From positions 4,464,001 through 4,528,000 of the forward strand of contig OZ024765.1 of the NCBI GenBank assembly GCA_964016885.1: a DNA stretch of 64,000 nt, written 5' to 3'. Shown here in pieces: positions 14,056 through 26,478 of the stretch. This DNA is from Eledone cirrhosa (Eukaryota). The notes beneath the pieces were generated by a model. That model did not search any database. It saw nothing but the letters and a program-made list of their open reading frames with translations, and had not been told where the DNA came from. Within the stretch, counting starts at the first letter, position 1; every line of letters starts with the position of its first letter. The position numbers were made by a program, and so were the translations under genes.

Positions 14056-14359
14056 TGTATGTATGTATATAGAGAGGGAGGTGGGGGTGGGTGTAGGGTG
14101 GAATAAGTGGGGGTGGAGGGTGGAATAAGTGGGGTGGAGGGTGGAATGATCAGGTGAATTTAAATAAGCGGCTAATAAGTGGGCAGGGGGTGGTAATGGA
14201 ATAAGTGGGGGGGGGGGGGAATAAGCAAGGGAGGGAAAGGGTGAAGGGTGGAAACTTAAAAATTTTTCTAGGTTGTCGCCATTGATTTTTTAAAAAACCA
14301 GAATTAATTGTTTAGTTTACATATTGAGACCCCGACCCATTCTATTTATTTTATTTAAG

Positions 14360-15780
14360 GCGCCACTCAGTCACAAATGACCATGGTTTTGCACCTAGAA
14401 AGTTTCCCTCCAAGGCACAAGCCTGGACAAGGTTTGTTTTGTGGAAGACCAGGAGTCACCCATACATACCAGTCTCCCCCCCCCTCTCCACTCCACTGAT
14501 GTTGTCCAAGGTAATGGCTGATACAGCTTGGTACCAGTGACATCACAACTTACTCTATATATACACCCTGTATACTCTATATATATACCCGCTATACTCT
14601 ATATATACACTCTATACTCTATATATACACTTTATACTCTATATATACACCCTCTATACTCTATATATACACTCTATACTCTATATATACACTCTATACT
14701 CTATATCTACACCCTCTATAATCTATATATACACTCTATAATCTATATATGCACTCTATAATCTATATATACACTTTATACTCTATATATACACCCTCTA
14801 TACTCTATATATACACTATACTCAATATATATATATACACTCTATACTTTATATATACACTCTATACTCTCTATATACACTATATACTCTATACATACAC
14901 TATATACTCTATATATATATACTCTATACACTATATATATACTCTATACACTATTATATATACTCTATACACTATTATATATACTCTATACACTATATAT
15001 ATATATATACTCTATACACTAATTATATATATACTTTATACACTGTATATATATATATATACTCTATACACTATATATACACTCTATACTCTATATGTAC
15101 ACTATATAGTCTATACATACACTCTATAAACTATATATATGTACTCTATATATACATTATATAGTCAATATATACACTATACTCTACATATACTCTATAC
15201 TCTCTATATATATACTCTATACACTATATATACACTCTATACTCTCTATATACACTCTATACTCTCTATATACACTCTATACTCTATATATACTCTATAT
15301 ATACACTCTATACTCTCTATATACACTCTATACACTATATATATATATACTCTATACACTACATATACACTATATACTCTCTATATACACTATATACACA
15401 CTATATACTCTATATATACACTATATACTCTATATATACACTATATACTCTATATATACACTATATACTCTATATATACACTATATACTCTATATATACA
15501 CTATATACTCTATATATACACTATATATGGTGTTGTCCAAGGGAAAAGCAATGACCGCTACAGCTTGGCACCAGTGACGTCACAACTTATTTCTACAGCT
15601 GAGTGAACTGGAGCAACGTGAAATAATTGTTTCTACCTTTGGCACAAGGCCAGCAATTACCCAATGTATTACTGGTACTTTATTTTATCGACCCCGCAAG
15701 GATGAAAGGCAAAGTCAACCTCGGCGGGATTTGAACTCAGCAACGTGAAATAATATCACTTGTTCAAGGACACAACAGTC
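14360..15780 (-). mobile_element. CORE-SINE interrupted by about 1 kb TATAC microsatellite and a nested Nin-SINE
   Basis: CORE segment CAGCTGAGTGAACTGGAGCAACGTGAAATAA...CAAGGACACAAC; a duplicated segment flanks the 14550-15527 microsatellite. Confidence 0.7.
15624..15740 (-). mobile_element. 5'-truncated Nin-SINE with 16-bp TSD
   Basis: AGCAACGTGAAATAAT at 15612-15627 and 15739-15754. Confidence 0.85.
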
Positions 15781-15827
15781 CAGTTCTCCCGAGTGTCTTA
15801 TCACTACAACAACAACACACTCAATTA

Positions 15828-16073
15828 CAGGGGCGGTGGGCAGCAGTGCAGAGGAGTCATTTCCCCTCCCTCCAATAATCATATGTTTCACCCCAAACTA
15901 CCAAAACACAAATCTATTTGTATATGCTCTACAATTTATCTACATGTTATGTTTATCGCATATCGAAATTTTCTGAGCATTTTAGAGTGCAAAGAGTTAA
16001 ACAACTAATCACTATACTAAATTGACCAAATACCGACCCCTTCCCCAATTCAGAATTGCTTCCACCGCCCCTG
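15828..16073. mobile_element. MITE with CAGGGGCGGTGG terminal inverted repeats
   Basis: CAGGGGCGGTGG...CCACCGCCCCTG with TA on both sides. Confidence 0.7.
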
Positions 16074-16220
16074 TATTAAAGGGAACAAAAATAAAAAAAT
16101 ACAACAAAGAATTAAGGATCGAAAAATAGGGAGAAGTTAAGAGAGACACTACACCCCAGTTAATATTATTGTTTACACTGTTAATTAGGGTTTCACAAAT
16201 AAATAAGTTGATATATAATA

Positions 16221-16321
16221 ATAATTGTTTCTACTTTAGGCACAAGGCCAGCAATTACCCCAGTGCATTACTGGTACTTTATTTTATCGACCCCGTAAGG
16301 ATGAAAGGCAAAGTCAACCTC
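16221..16321 (-). mobile_element. Nin-SINE 3' fragment
   Basis: Reverse complement of the family core and tail. Confidence 0.8.
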
Positions 16322-16438
16322 AATAATTAGATTGAAATTACAAACGGAGCTGTCAAAATTTCAACACATAAACATATATATATATATATATGTATGTATA
16401 TATTAAATAAATGGAAACTATATTTATAAAACCATATT

Positions 16439-16501
16439 TATTTTATTATATATATTTCAACGGTACCAAGACACATTGGTACACTTTCATCAGGTAAAAT
16501 A
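16439..16501 (-). ncRNA. Type I hammerhead ribozyme motif
   Basis: TATTTTAC-CTGATGA-AAGTGTACCAA/TTGGTACCGTT-GAAA-TATATA-TA-ATAAAATA. Confidence 0.78.
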
Positions 16502-16626
16502 CAAAGTTTGTTTTATAAATAGAGACATAGCCATGAAAATCATACCTTATCGGTTGGAAATTCACTGGGTAGTACCGATAAGGTATGATTTTCATGAGTA
16601 TGTCTCTATTTATAAAACAAACTTTG

Positions 16627-16689
16627 TATTTTACCTGATGAAAGCGTACCAATGTGTCTTGGTACCCTTGAAATATATATAATAGAATA
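16627..16689 (+). ncRNA. Type I hammerhead ribozyme motif
   Basis: CTGATGA 16635, stem II AAG-GTACCAA/TTGGTAC-CTT, GAAA 16670, TATATA-TA, stem I with a C-A mismatch next to the core. Confidence 0.8.
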
Positions 16690-16996
16690 AATATGGTTTT
16701 ATAAATATAGTTTCCATTTATTTAATATCATTGAATATTTACTCCAGTAAACTGTTGAGTGCTCTAAATCAGTTATAAACATTTATATTTGTCGGACTTC
16801 CAACAAATTAAATACCCCTTCTCCTTATATATATATATATTACTGAATTACATAAATATTTCGCATGAAAATATGGAATAAAAACGAAATACATACACAC
16901 ATACGGTATTAACTCGTGTAAATGTCCTATTTTTAGACCATTTTTAAAGGTTAAATTTAAACAGATACTAGTAGCAGAAGCCCAACTAATCTCTAA

Positions 16997-17462
16997 CCCT
17001 TTAGCATTTAAATTATTCTATATATACTATTATATTTTCATGGCTTATTTGAAATAATAAATTCTTTTTAAGCTTATTGTTTTATATCTGAACTCCATTT
17101 GAATATATAAAATTTAATTAGCGTAAAATTTTACGAATGTGATAGGGTGTACGGGAAAGGCACCATAAGCAATTTATGCTTCTTTAAGGATCAACAAATG
17201 TTGGTTTGTCCCCCTCTCCCACATTTTAAAGGCACACGAGGCCTCTGGCTTTATCTCACATAACATTTACATTACTCTATATTTACCATTATATTTTATA
17301 TATAAATAATTATCTCACATAACACCGACTCTGACATTTGGATATTATTTATTTTGAGAATAATACCTTAATATAAGTATGAGTGGCCGGTTATAGCCAA
17401 TATGAATAGAGAGAGAGGTGAGAGAATTCTGGCCGGATACAGCCGGTTTAAATGCTAAAGGG
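16997..17462. mobile_element. piggyBac-like MITE (composite)
   Basis: CCCTTTAGCATTTAAA ... TTTAAATGCTAAAGGG inverted termini. Confidence 0.65.
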
Positions 17463-17710
17463 TTGAACGAATACAAACAAAAACAATGTATTACAGTAAT
17501 ATTACCGACTCTCTTTATGAAAACACACATGAAATAAAATCTATAAACAAAGCTGTGTAGCTCTTATAAATATTTACACTTACTCCTTTACTTGTATCCA
17601 TCGAATTTAACTGACTAGCTTGGTACAATCAATCACTTTATATCTCATAATTACTCTAATACATTTTAGCAATGGCGATATAGAACCCATCAACAGATGT
17701 GTAGTCTGCA

Positions 17711-18433
17711 AGGTCGGACGCCATGCTTTGACGCAGAGTTACGGCCCTTGCCATTCTGAGTTCAAATCCCGCCGAGGTTAACGTTGCCTTTCATCCTTAC
17801 GGGGTCGATAAAATAAAGTACCAGTCACGCACTGGGGTCGATTTAATCGACTTTCTCCTCCCTCAAAATTGCTGACCTTGTGCCTATATAAGAAACCATT
17901 ATTTGGCAGTATTGGTAAAGGGTCGGACGCCATGCTTTGACGCATAGAGTTACGGCCCTTGCCATTCTGAGTTCAAATCCCGCCGAGGTTAACTTTGCCT
18001 TTCATCCTTACATTGTCTATAAAATAAAGTACCAGTAATACACTATGTAATTTGCCAGCTTTGTGTCAAAAGTAGAAACAAATATTCGGCAATACCGGTA
18101 GAGGGGCAGACGTCATGTTTTCCAACATAGAGTTACGACCCTTTATGATCTGAGTTCAAATCCTGCCGAGGTTAACTTTGATTTTCATCCTTATGGGGTC
18201 GATAAAATAAAGTACCGGTAATACACTGGATAATTGCTGGCCTTGTGCCAAAAGTAGAAACAATTATTTGGCAGTACCGGTAGAGGGGCAGACGTCATGC
18301 TTCGCAGCATAGAGTTACGGCCCTTTATGATCCGCGTTCAAATCACGCCGAGGTTAACTTTGCTTTTCATCCTTACAGGGTCGATAAAATAAAGTACCAG
18401 TTACGCACTGGGGTCGATTTAATAGACTCCCCC
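17711..18433 (+). mobile_element. Four head-to-tail Nin-SINE copies
   Basis: Family core repeated at about 185-bp spacing. Confidence 0.88.
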
Positions 18434-18506
18434 CTATATATATATACTGAAATATATATATATACATATACTGAAATATATTTATATATATATACTGAAA
18501 TATATT

Positions 18507-18538
<32 letters not shown>

Positions 18539-18591
18539 ATACTGAAATATATATATATATATATATATTATACATATATATATATATACTG

Positions 18592-18655
<64 letters not shown>

Positions 18656-18667
18656 CTGAAATATATT

Positions 18668-19048
<381 letters not shown>

Positions 19049-19054
<6 letters not shown>

Positions 19055-19190
19055 TCTACTTTTGGCACAAGGCCATAAATTACCCAGTGCATTACTGGTA
19101 CTTTATTTTATCGACCCCGTAAGGATGAAAGGTAAAGTTAACCTCGGCGGGATTTGAACTCAGATCATAAAGGGAGGTAACTCTATGCTA
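19049..19190 (-). mobile_element. Nin-SINE
   Basis: Reverse complement of the family core. Confidence 0.82.
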
Positions 19191-19375
19191 ATATATATCG
19201 TTATAGTTTGGGAGGGTCAGGTTGTCAATAAGTATAACAATATCTGTTTCAACACACGTTTTCAGATATGAAATCTCGCACAACAAATTCAAAAATGAAT
19301 TCTATATAGGTAGTTCCTGCAGTGGGCTTATACCATTAAGATCACATGAAGATATAACTATCTTAACACCAAATA

Positions 19376-19436
19376 TATTTTACCTGACGAAAGCGTACTA
19401 AAATGTTAGTACCCTTGAAATACGTATAAAATAAAT
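19376..19436 (+). ncRNA. Degenerate family A hammerhead motif
   Basis: TATTTTAC-CTGACGA-AAGCGTACTAA/TTAGTACCCTT-GAAA-TACGTA-TA; the 3' strand of stem I has a small deletion. Confidence 0.65.
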
Positions 19437-19589
19437 ATCGTTTTGTGAAGATATTTTCAATTTATTAATATTGTTAATATTATATATATATATATATATG
19501 GTGGCTGCAAACTCTACTAAGAATATTGCAATCGCTTATCGGATTACAGAAAATGGTACACTTTTTGGCTACGGCAAGCCACACGAACC

Positions 19590-19710
19590 TGTAACAGATC
19601 CTGAACAAGCAATGCCTGTGCTTTGAAGGTTTTTTTAAGTTGTAAAAGGCCTTGCACTCGACCAGTCCCACTCTCTGAGCATCGAAAACACTAAGTCAAC
19701 AAGATATCGT
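19590..19710. repeat. Dispersed repeat, inverted homolog of about 13715-13860
   Basis: Shared AAGCAATGCCTGTGC...GCAC...CCAGTCCCACTCTCT blocks. Confidence 0.6.
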
Positions 19711-19850
19711 TTATTTTATCACGTAGAGGTTATGATTACACTCTATCGAGGATAGTTTTAACGTTCGGCGTTGTTTGACTGAACAAGAAGTTTCCTTAGT
19801 CGGGTGGCCGACTCAAGACAGTTCCTAGGTAAGCGGTTCTTTGAATAATA

Positions 19851-20036
19851 ATAGTAAATGAGAGAAAAATAAGGTGGTCGGCTGTACAGTAGGGTTTATT
19901 CAAAGTATTAACTATTGTTTCATTAGCATCTTGCGAACAGCATTTTTTAGACACAGCGGACTAATGAAACAATTGTTAATACTTTGAATAAACCCTATTG
20001 TTCAGCCGACCACGTTATTTTTTACCCATTTACTAT
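19851..20036. repeat. Imperfect palindrome with HHR-like 3' half
   Basis: Arms of about 76 bp, 34-nt spacer; right arm starts CTAAT-GAAA-CAATTG-TT. Confidence 0.75.
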
Positions 20037-20124
20037 ATATATATATATGTGTGTGTGTGTGTTAAATATTTCCGAAGAAAAGGCAAAGGTAAAAAGAGTG
20101 CCCTATGTATAGAACAGAGCTATT

Positions 20125-20300
20125 TAATTAGAAAGTAAACAACACAAAATATAACTACTCCATTACCAAAAGTTGCAGGACCCTAGACAATATTAACCCC
20201 TCTATTTGATGAACGAACTAGACATATGTTAATATTGTCTAGGGTCCTGAAACCTTTGGTAATGGATTAGTTATATATTGTGGTGTTCACTTTCTAATTA
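20125..20300. repeat. Imperfect palindrome with HHR-like 3' half
   Basis: Arms of about 73 bp; GAAA-CC-ttt-GG-TA at 20249-20261. Confidence 0.75.
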
Positions 20301-20317
20301 TATATATATATATATAT

Positions 20318-20427
20318 TTAATCTGTTATTTTAATAATAAATATTTGCTCTATTGTTTTTATATATTTGATATATATATATTATCCTTATCAAGCCCTCT
20401 TCGGATTTTAGTCTTCACTTTTATTAC

Positions 20428-20432
<5 letters not shown>
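20318..20432 (+). mobile_element. Family C element 3' tail
   Basis: Homologous to 18668-18747; flanked by (TA)n. Confidence 0.65.
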
Positions 20433-20468
<36 letters not shown>

Positions 20469-20779
20469 ATGACGTAATTTTATTGAAGACACATCATATA
20501 AATTTAAATGAAGGAAATATGTTTATTAAAAAAAAAATATATATATTTTCACCTGTTGATGAAAAAATTAATATATGATATTACGTGTAAAAGATGTAAG
20601 AAAGACTTACATAAGACAAACAAAATGACTATTTATCGTCATCTCAACAAATACGACACCCCCAGCTCTAGACAGATGCCATTAAGACGAGATCTAGATT
20701 TATGTCTCACAAATAAGTCCCCACATAGTTCCAAGTCTTCCCACTTTATATTTATTTGTTCAGACAACTTTTTCCTGAG

Positions 20780-21736
20780 AGAGTCGTTGCAGGGGACAGA
20801 GTCCTCAAACACTCCTTCCAGTGGGTAAAGTCAGAAGCAACTGTCTCTAATTGATCTGTCGTGGGTCATGTCAGAAGCAACTGTCTCTAATTGATCTGTC
20901 TTGGGTCATGTCAGAAGCAACTGTCTCTAATTGATGTTTTGGGTCATGTCAGAAGCAACTGTCTCTAATTGATCTGCCTTGGGTCATGTCAGAAGCAACT
21001 GTCTCTAATTGATCTGTCTTGGGTCATGTCAGAAGCAACTGTCTCTAATTGATCTGTCTTGGGTCATGTCAGAAGCAACTGTCTCTAATTGATCTGTCTT
21101 GGATCATGTCAGAAACAACTGTCTCTAATTGATGTTTTGGGTCATGTCAGAAGCAAGTGTCTCTAATTGATCCGTCTTGGGTCATGTCAGAAGCAAGTGT
21201 CTCTAATTGATCTGTCTTGGGTCATGTCAGAAGCAACTGTCTCTAATTGATCTGTCTTGGGTCATGTCAGAAGCAACTGTCTCTAATTGATCTGTCTTGG
21301 GTCATGTCAGAAGCAACTGTCTCTAATTGATCTGTCTTGGGTCATGTCAGAAGCAACTGTCTCTAATTGATGTTTTGGGTCATGTCAGAAGCAACTGTCT
21401 CTAATCGATCTGTCTTGGGTCATGTCAGAAGCAACTGTCTCTAATCGATCCGTCTGGATCCCCAAGCGAACCACTTTGCTCAGGGTGGGTGGGTCTACCC
21501 CGAATATCCTGCCAGTTGGGTTTGTCCGTAAAATCTGCCCAGCGATTCTTTCCTGAGACATTCTAAGCACATCCTGTGGTTAGAATCTCTCAGGAATATC
21601 GGAGCTATGATCTCTCAATTCGGAGAAGTAATCGCTCCAAGTAGAGCCACCACTACTTCTCCGAATTGACAGTTCACAGCTCCGATATTACGGGAAAGTG
21701 ATTAGAATATCTCAGGAAAGAATCGCTGCACAGATA
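20780..21736 (-). mobile_element. RTE LINE C-terminal fragment with internal 40-bp minisatellite and inverted second copy
   Basis: Minus strand ...LRMSQERIAGQILRTNPTGR...RLGIQTDRLETVASD; plus strand 21653-21736 LLLRIDSSQLRYYGKVIRISQERIAAQI. Confidence 0.7.
20830..21455. repeat. 40-bp minisatellite, about 16 copies
   Basis: Unit gtcagaagcaactgtctctaattgatctgtcttgggtcat. Confidence 0.95.
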
Positions 21737-22457
21737 TTTTTATATTTATATAAATACGAATCACGGCTGAATAAACTTGAACGCGGCAGATTTCACTACA
21801 CAAACACATGCACTTAAAAAGATTTCACACACAAACACACACACACACATTAACAAGGTAGATTTCATACACAAACACACATATACAATGTACTTTTCAC
21901 ACACAAACACTTTAACAAGGACGTTTTCACACACACAAACACACATATACAATGTACTTTTCACACACATACACTTTAACAAGGACGTTTTCACACACAA
22001 ACACATTTTAACAAGGAAGTTTTCACAACCACAAACACATACACATTAACAAGGAAGTTTTCACACACATACACAAACATATTAACAAGGAAGTTTTCAC
22101 ACACACATACGCATACACATTAACAAGGCACCTTTCACACACACATACGTATACATACACAATTCTTGTAAAAAAAAAAATACAAATCACGATTGAATAA
22201 ACTTTAACAAGGTACATTACACAACACAAACAAACACAATTCTTATTTATTCTATCATTTGACAAATCGAAGTTCCGCAGTAGACAACCTCAACTTTGGA
22301 GTAGAAAGATGGCGAATGTTGGCTTGCCTCAAAAATCCCATTTGATCCTTGTGGTGGGTGTGACAAATTGACGTACTTATTGGTGAATTGATGAGGTTTG
22401 GGTTGTTTTTTTTCTCTCTCGCTTTGATTATATATATATTTGTGTATTATATTTATA

Positions 22458-22790
<333 letters not shown>

Positions 22791-22830
22791 CGATATTAAC
22801 AAATGGAAACTATATTTATAAAACCATATT

Positions 22831-22895
22831 TATTTCATTATACATATTTCAAGGACACCAAGTTAAATCATGGTGTGCTTTCATCAAATAAAATA
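22831..22895 (-). ncRNA. Family A hammerhead motif, C3>U mutated
   Basis: TATTTTAT-TTGATGA-AAGCACACCA/TGGTGTCCTT-GAAA-TATGTA-TA-ATGAAATA. Confidence 0.7.
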
Positions 22896-23227
22896 TAATA
22901 TAGATCAGTTTTATAAATAAATATTGACATACCCTTAAAGAATGTAACCATTACTAGCAATAAATGATTACACACGCATCCCAAATAATAAGCAGGGGGC
23001 TTGGAAAATTCAGAATTAATCGTTTAGTTTACATATTGAGACCCCCAATCCATTCTATTTATTTTTTAACGTATGGGATTTCTTGTAATGTACTTTCTTT
23101 TGGTAGTGTATAAAGAAAATTGTTGCAGGAATGATACCATTTCAAATAAAATGTCGCCTGAAATAGATTAGTAAAATTTAATAAGCGGTGTAGGGTTATT
23201 CTATTTTAATCTTATATATTGTTATAT

Positions 23228-23405
23228 AATTGTTTCTACTATTGGCACAAGGCCAGCAATTACCCAGTGCATTACTGGTACTTTATTTTATCGACCCTGT
23301 AAGGATGAAAGGCAAAGTTTACTTCGGCGGGATTTGAACTCAGAACGGCAAGGGCCGTAACTCTATGCGTCAAAGCATGGCGTCCGACCCTCTACGGATA
23401 CTGCT
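23228..23405 (-). mobile_element. Nin-SINE
   Basis: Reverse complement of the family consensus. Confidence 0.83.
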
Positions 23406-23457
23406 ATAATGATAATTGCTAATTCTTAGTTATAGATATGACATTATGTTCAATATA

Positions 23458-23624
23458 GCCCTTTATGTTCTGTTTTCAAATCATGCTGGGGTTAGCTTTA
23501 CCTTTCATCCTGACGGGGTCGATAAAATGAAGTACCAGTAATGCACTGGAGTCCATTTAATCCCCCCCCCCCCGCCAAAAAAAAAAAAAAATTGCTTGCC
23601 TTGTGCCTATAGTAGAAATCATTA
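23458..23624 (+). mobile_element. Nin-SINE (diverged, truncated)
   Basis: Core CCTTTCATCCTGACGGGGTCGATAAAATG. Confidence 0.72.
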
Positions 23625-24419
23625 TCGAAAATATTCAATATAAGAAACGAAAATTATTTAAATCGGGACAAACAAGGATGTGTTTGTTTTTTATCAAACA
23701 TGTCAACGCACGGACCAAGTAGAGAACACATTTAATGTCTACATCAGTGATTCCCAAAGTGGTTTGCGCCCCTTACAGATAGGTATGTAATAATATGTAT
23801 GTATATATTATATATATACTAGCTGGGGTACTCGGCTTCGCCCGGGAGAATAGTTAAGGAAAGATGGATATAAGAGAAAACGACTGTATTGGATGTGTTG
23901 TCTGCTATGAGGTGAGACCGTAATGTGTGTGAGAGAGAGAGAGACATAAACAAGAAAACAATTATAAAACTTCCTTATTAGGCTGGGGAAGTAAACTGTC
24001 AATTAAATAGTAGCATTCCCCTCTCACACAGCCTTCTCTCTTTGTCTCTCTCTTTCTCTCTTTGTCTCTCTTTGTCTCTCTCTCTAAGGACCTTGGATTT
24101 TAAATGTGAAATAACCATAGTCAGCTCCAAAGGACGTCATCTGAAACACAGCAATATACCACATAACATTGCTTCTGAAGTATTTAACTTCATTAGTATG
24201 GACTGTAAGTAGTATATGGATAAAAGATGGAGGGTAGATTAATTTCAAATAGTATCAATTTTTCTTTGTTCTGTAAAGTCAAAGACTGTAAAACATCTTT
24301 ATAAAAGCTAACACAATATTGTTAAACCTTCCTATAGATCAAAGGTTCTATAGTTTAAGCCATTTCTAGACTTTCGTGGGACGTTACTCTCTCTCTCTCA
24401 ATATCTAACACTTTAATTG

Positions 24420-24800
24420 TATCTCTCTCTTTATAATGGTCTATCTCTCTCTTTCTGCCTCTCCCGCTGTCTCTCTCTCTCTTTATAATGGTCTATCTCT
24501 CTCTTTCTGCCTCTCCCGCTGTCTCTCTCTCTCTTTATAATGGTCTATCTCTCTCTTTCTGCCTCTCTCTCTTTATAATGGTCTATCTCTCTCTTTCTGC
24601 CTCTCCCGCTGTCTCTCTCTCTCTTTATAATGGTCTATCTCTCTCTTTCTGCCTCTCTCTCTTTATAATGGTCTATCTCTCTCTTTCTGCCTCTCACGCT
24701 GTCTCTCTCTCTCTTTATAATGGTCTATCTCTCTCTTTCTGCCTCTCTCTCTTTATAATGGTCTATCTATCTCTTTCTGCCTCTCCTGCTGTCTCTCTTT
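24420..24800. repeat. CT-rich minisatellite (ttataatggtctatctctct...; 89-bp higher-order unit)
   Basis: Alternating 52- and 37-bp subunits. Confidence 0.88.
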
Positions 24801-25383
24801 TTAGATGTGTGAGTGTAATTTTCGTGTGATCCAACCAACCAACCAACCAATAACCATTTTTCTTTTATATTATATATAGATATATCATCATTTAATGTCA
24901 ATTTTTCCAAGCTAGCATGGGTTAGTCAAGGTTTCCTGATGTGAGACAAGCCAGATCAGATGTCTTGCTTGTACAGAACTGATTCTGGCTTGGTTTCTAC
25001 AGCTGGATGCCCACCCTAACACCAACCTCATTTACAGTGTGGACTGGGTGCTTTATATCTTGCTCACAAAGTATTTAGTTTGTATAGAGTATGTAGTATA
25101 TATAAAATATTTAGTGTATATAGTATATATAAAATATTTAGTGTATATAGTATATATAAAATATTTAGTGTATATAGTATATATACAATATTTAGTGTAT
25201 ATAGTATATATACAATATTTAGTGTATATAGTATATATCACATGGTGAGTGCTTTGGTTTTACCTTCATTTCGTACAGATATACAAAACAGGTGTGTCAT
25301 ACCATTACAACAATTCAAAGCCATGTCCAACTCATGCACACATTAAAAACCAGGTGTAAAATGATGATGATAAATTTATTTAT

Positions 25384-25555
25384 TATATTTCCCGGCGCCA
25401 AAGACACTTCGTCCTCGAGGAAGCACCCTAATTTTGACAACAAAAAAAATAGGAAAAAAAAATAATAAACAACCTTCGGCCTTCAGGAAGCATGGTAGAT
25501 ATTTTTAGCCTTATTTTAGGAAAAAAAGTAGCATCTTCGACTCTGGGAAATACGG
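25384..25555. mobile_element. Tc1/mariner-pogo-type MITE (CCGTATTTCCC termini)
   Basis: ...GGGAAATACGG-TA right end; homologous to 27342-27710. Confidence 0.65.
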
Positions 25556-25787
25556 TATATATAAACAATGTTTGTTGTTGTTGATGATGTGTCGTAGAAC
25601 AGATTTGAACTCAGCCAGCAGGGAGCTGGAATGAATACTACAAAGCATTTTATCTGACATTCTAAGAACTCTGCCAATTTGTTGTAGGAAAAATGCTGAA
25701 CACGCCCCCGCATAACTAAAAGAGGACTAGGCGAAATTTCTATAAATGATAACCGATGTGAACTGTCAATTAGACTGTGTGTGTGTG

Positions 25788-25895
<108 letters not shown>

Positions 25896-26422
25896 GTTGG
25901 CAGTTCAAAATTACGCCTGGTGAATGCTTTGGTTTTACCCTCGTCTTGTACAGATATACAAAACAGGTGCGTCTCACCTTTACAACACAATTCAACACCG
26001 TGTCCAGCCCATGCATGCATTCAAAACCAGGCATAAAATGATGATGATGATCAGATTTGAACTCGGGGAGCAGAAAGCCGGAGTGGCTACTGCAAAGTAC
26101 TCTATCCGATGTTTTAACAACTCTGCCAATTCAATGCCATCTCCAACCCAAGCAGACATTAAAAAGCAGGCATAAAATGATGATGATGATGATGATAAAT
26201 TTTCTTATATATAAGCAATGTTATTGATGCTGTGATGTAGTGTAGATTAAACCATGAGACTTTCATTGAGCAACATTGCATGTTTAAAGTAATTAACTAT
26301 AATGAAGTATAACTGTCATTTTCCAGCTGTCCACAGCAATATTGTACTTATTTATTAGTCACAGTTATTAAAGGATTAAGGGGAGCCATCGTAACTCATA
26401 ATAACTGCATAACTAGTGTAAT

Positions 26423-26478
<56 letters not shown>

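Larger units (their letters stand above)
16400..16826. mobile_element. HHR-bearing fold-back element, family A
   Basis: Arms 16400-16554 and 16574-16728, 19-nt spacer; unpaired tail to 16826 ends in (TA)n; homolog at 38396-38668. Confidence 0.8.

Noticed and set aside
20830-21455. CRISPR-like array
   Set aside because: No unique spacers; head-to-tail repeat; eukaryotic context with no cas genes.
23745-23850. Charlie-like TIR and Helitron-like start
   Set aside because: Single ends only; partner termini not found.
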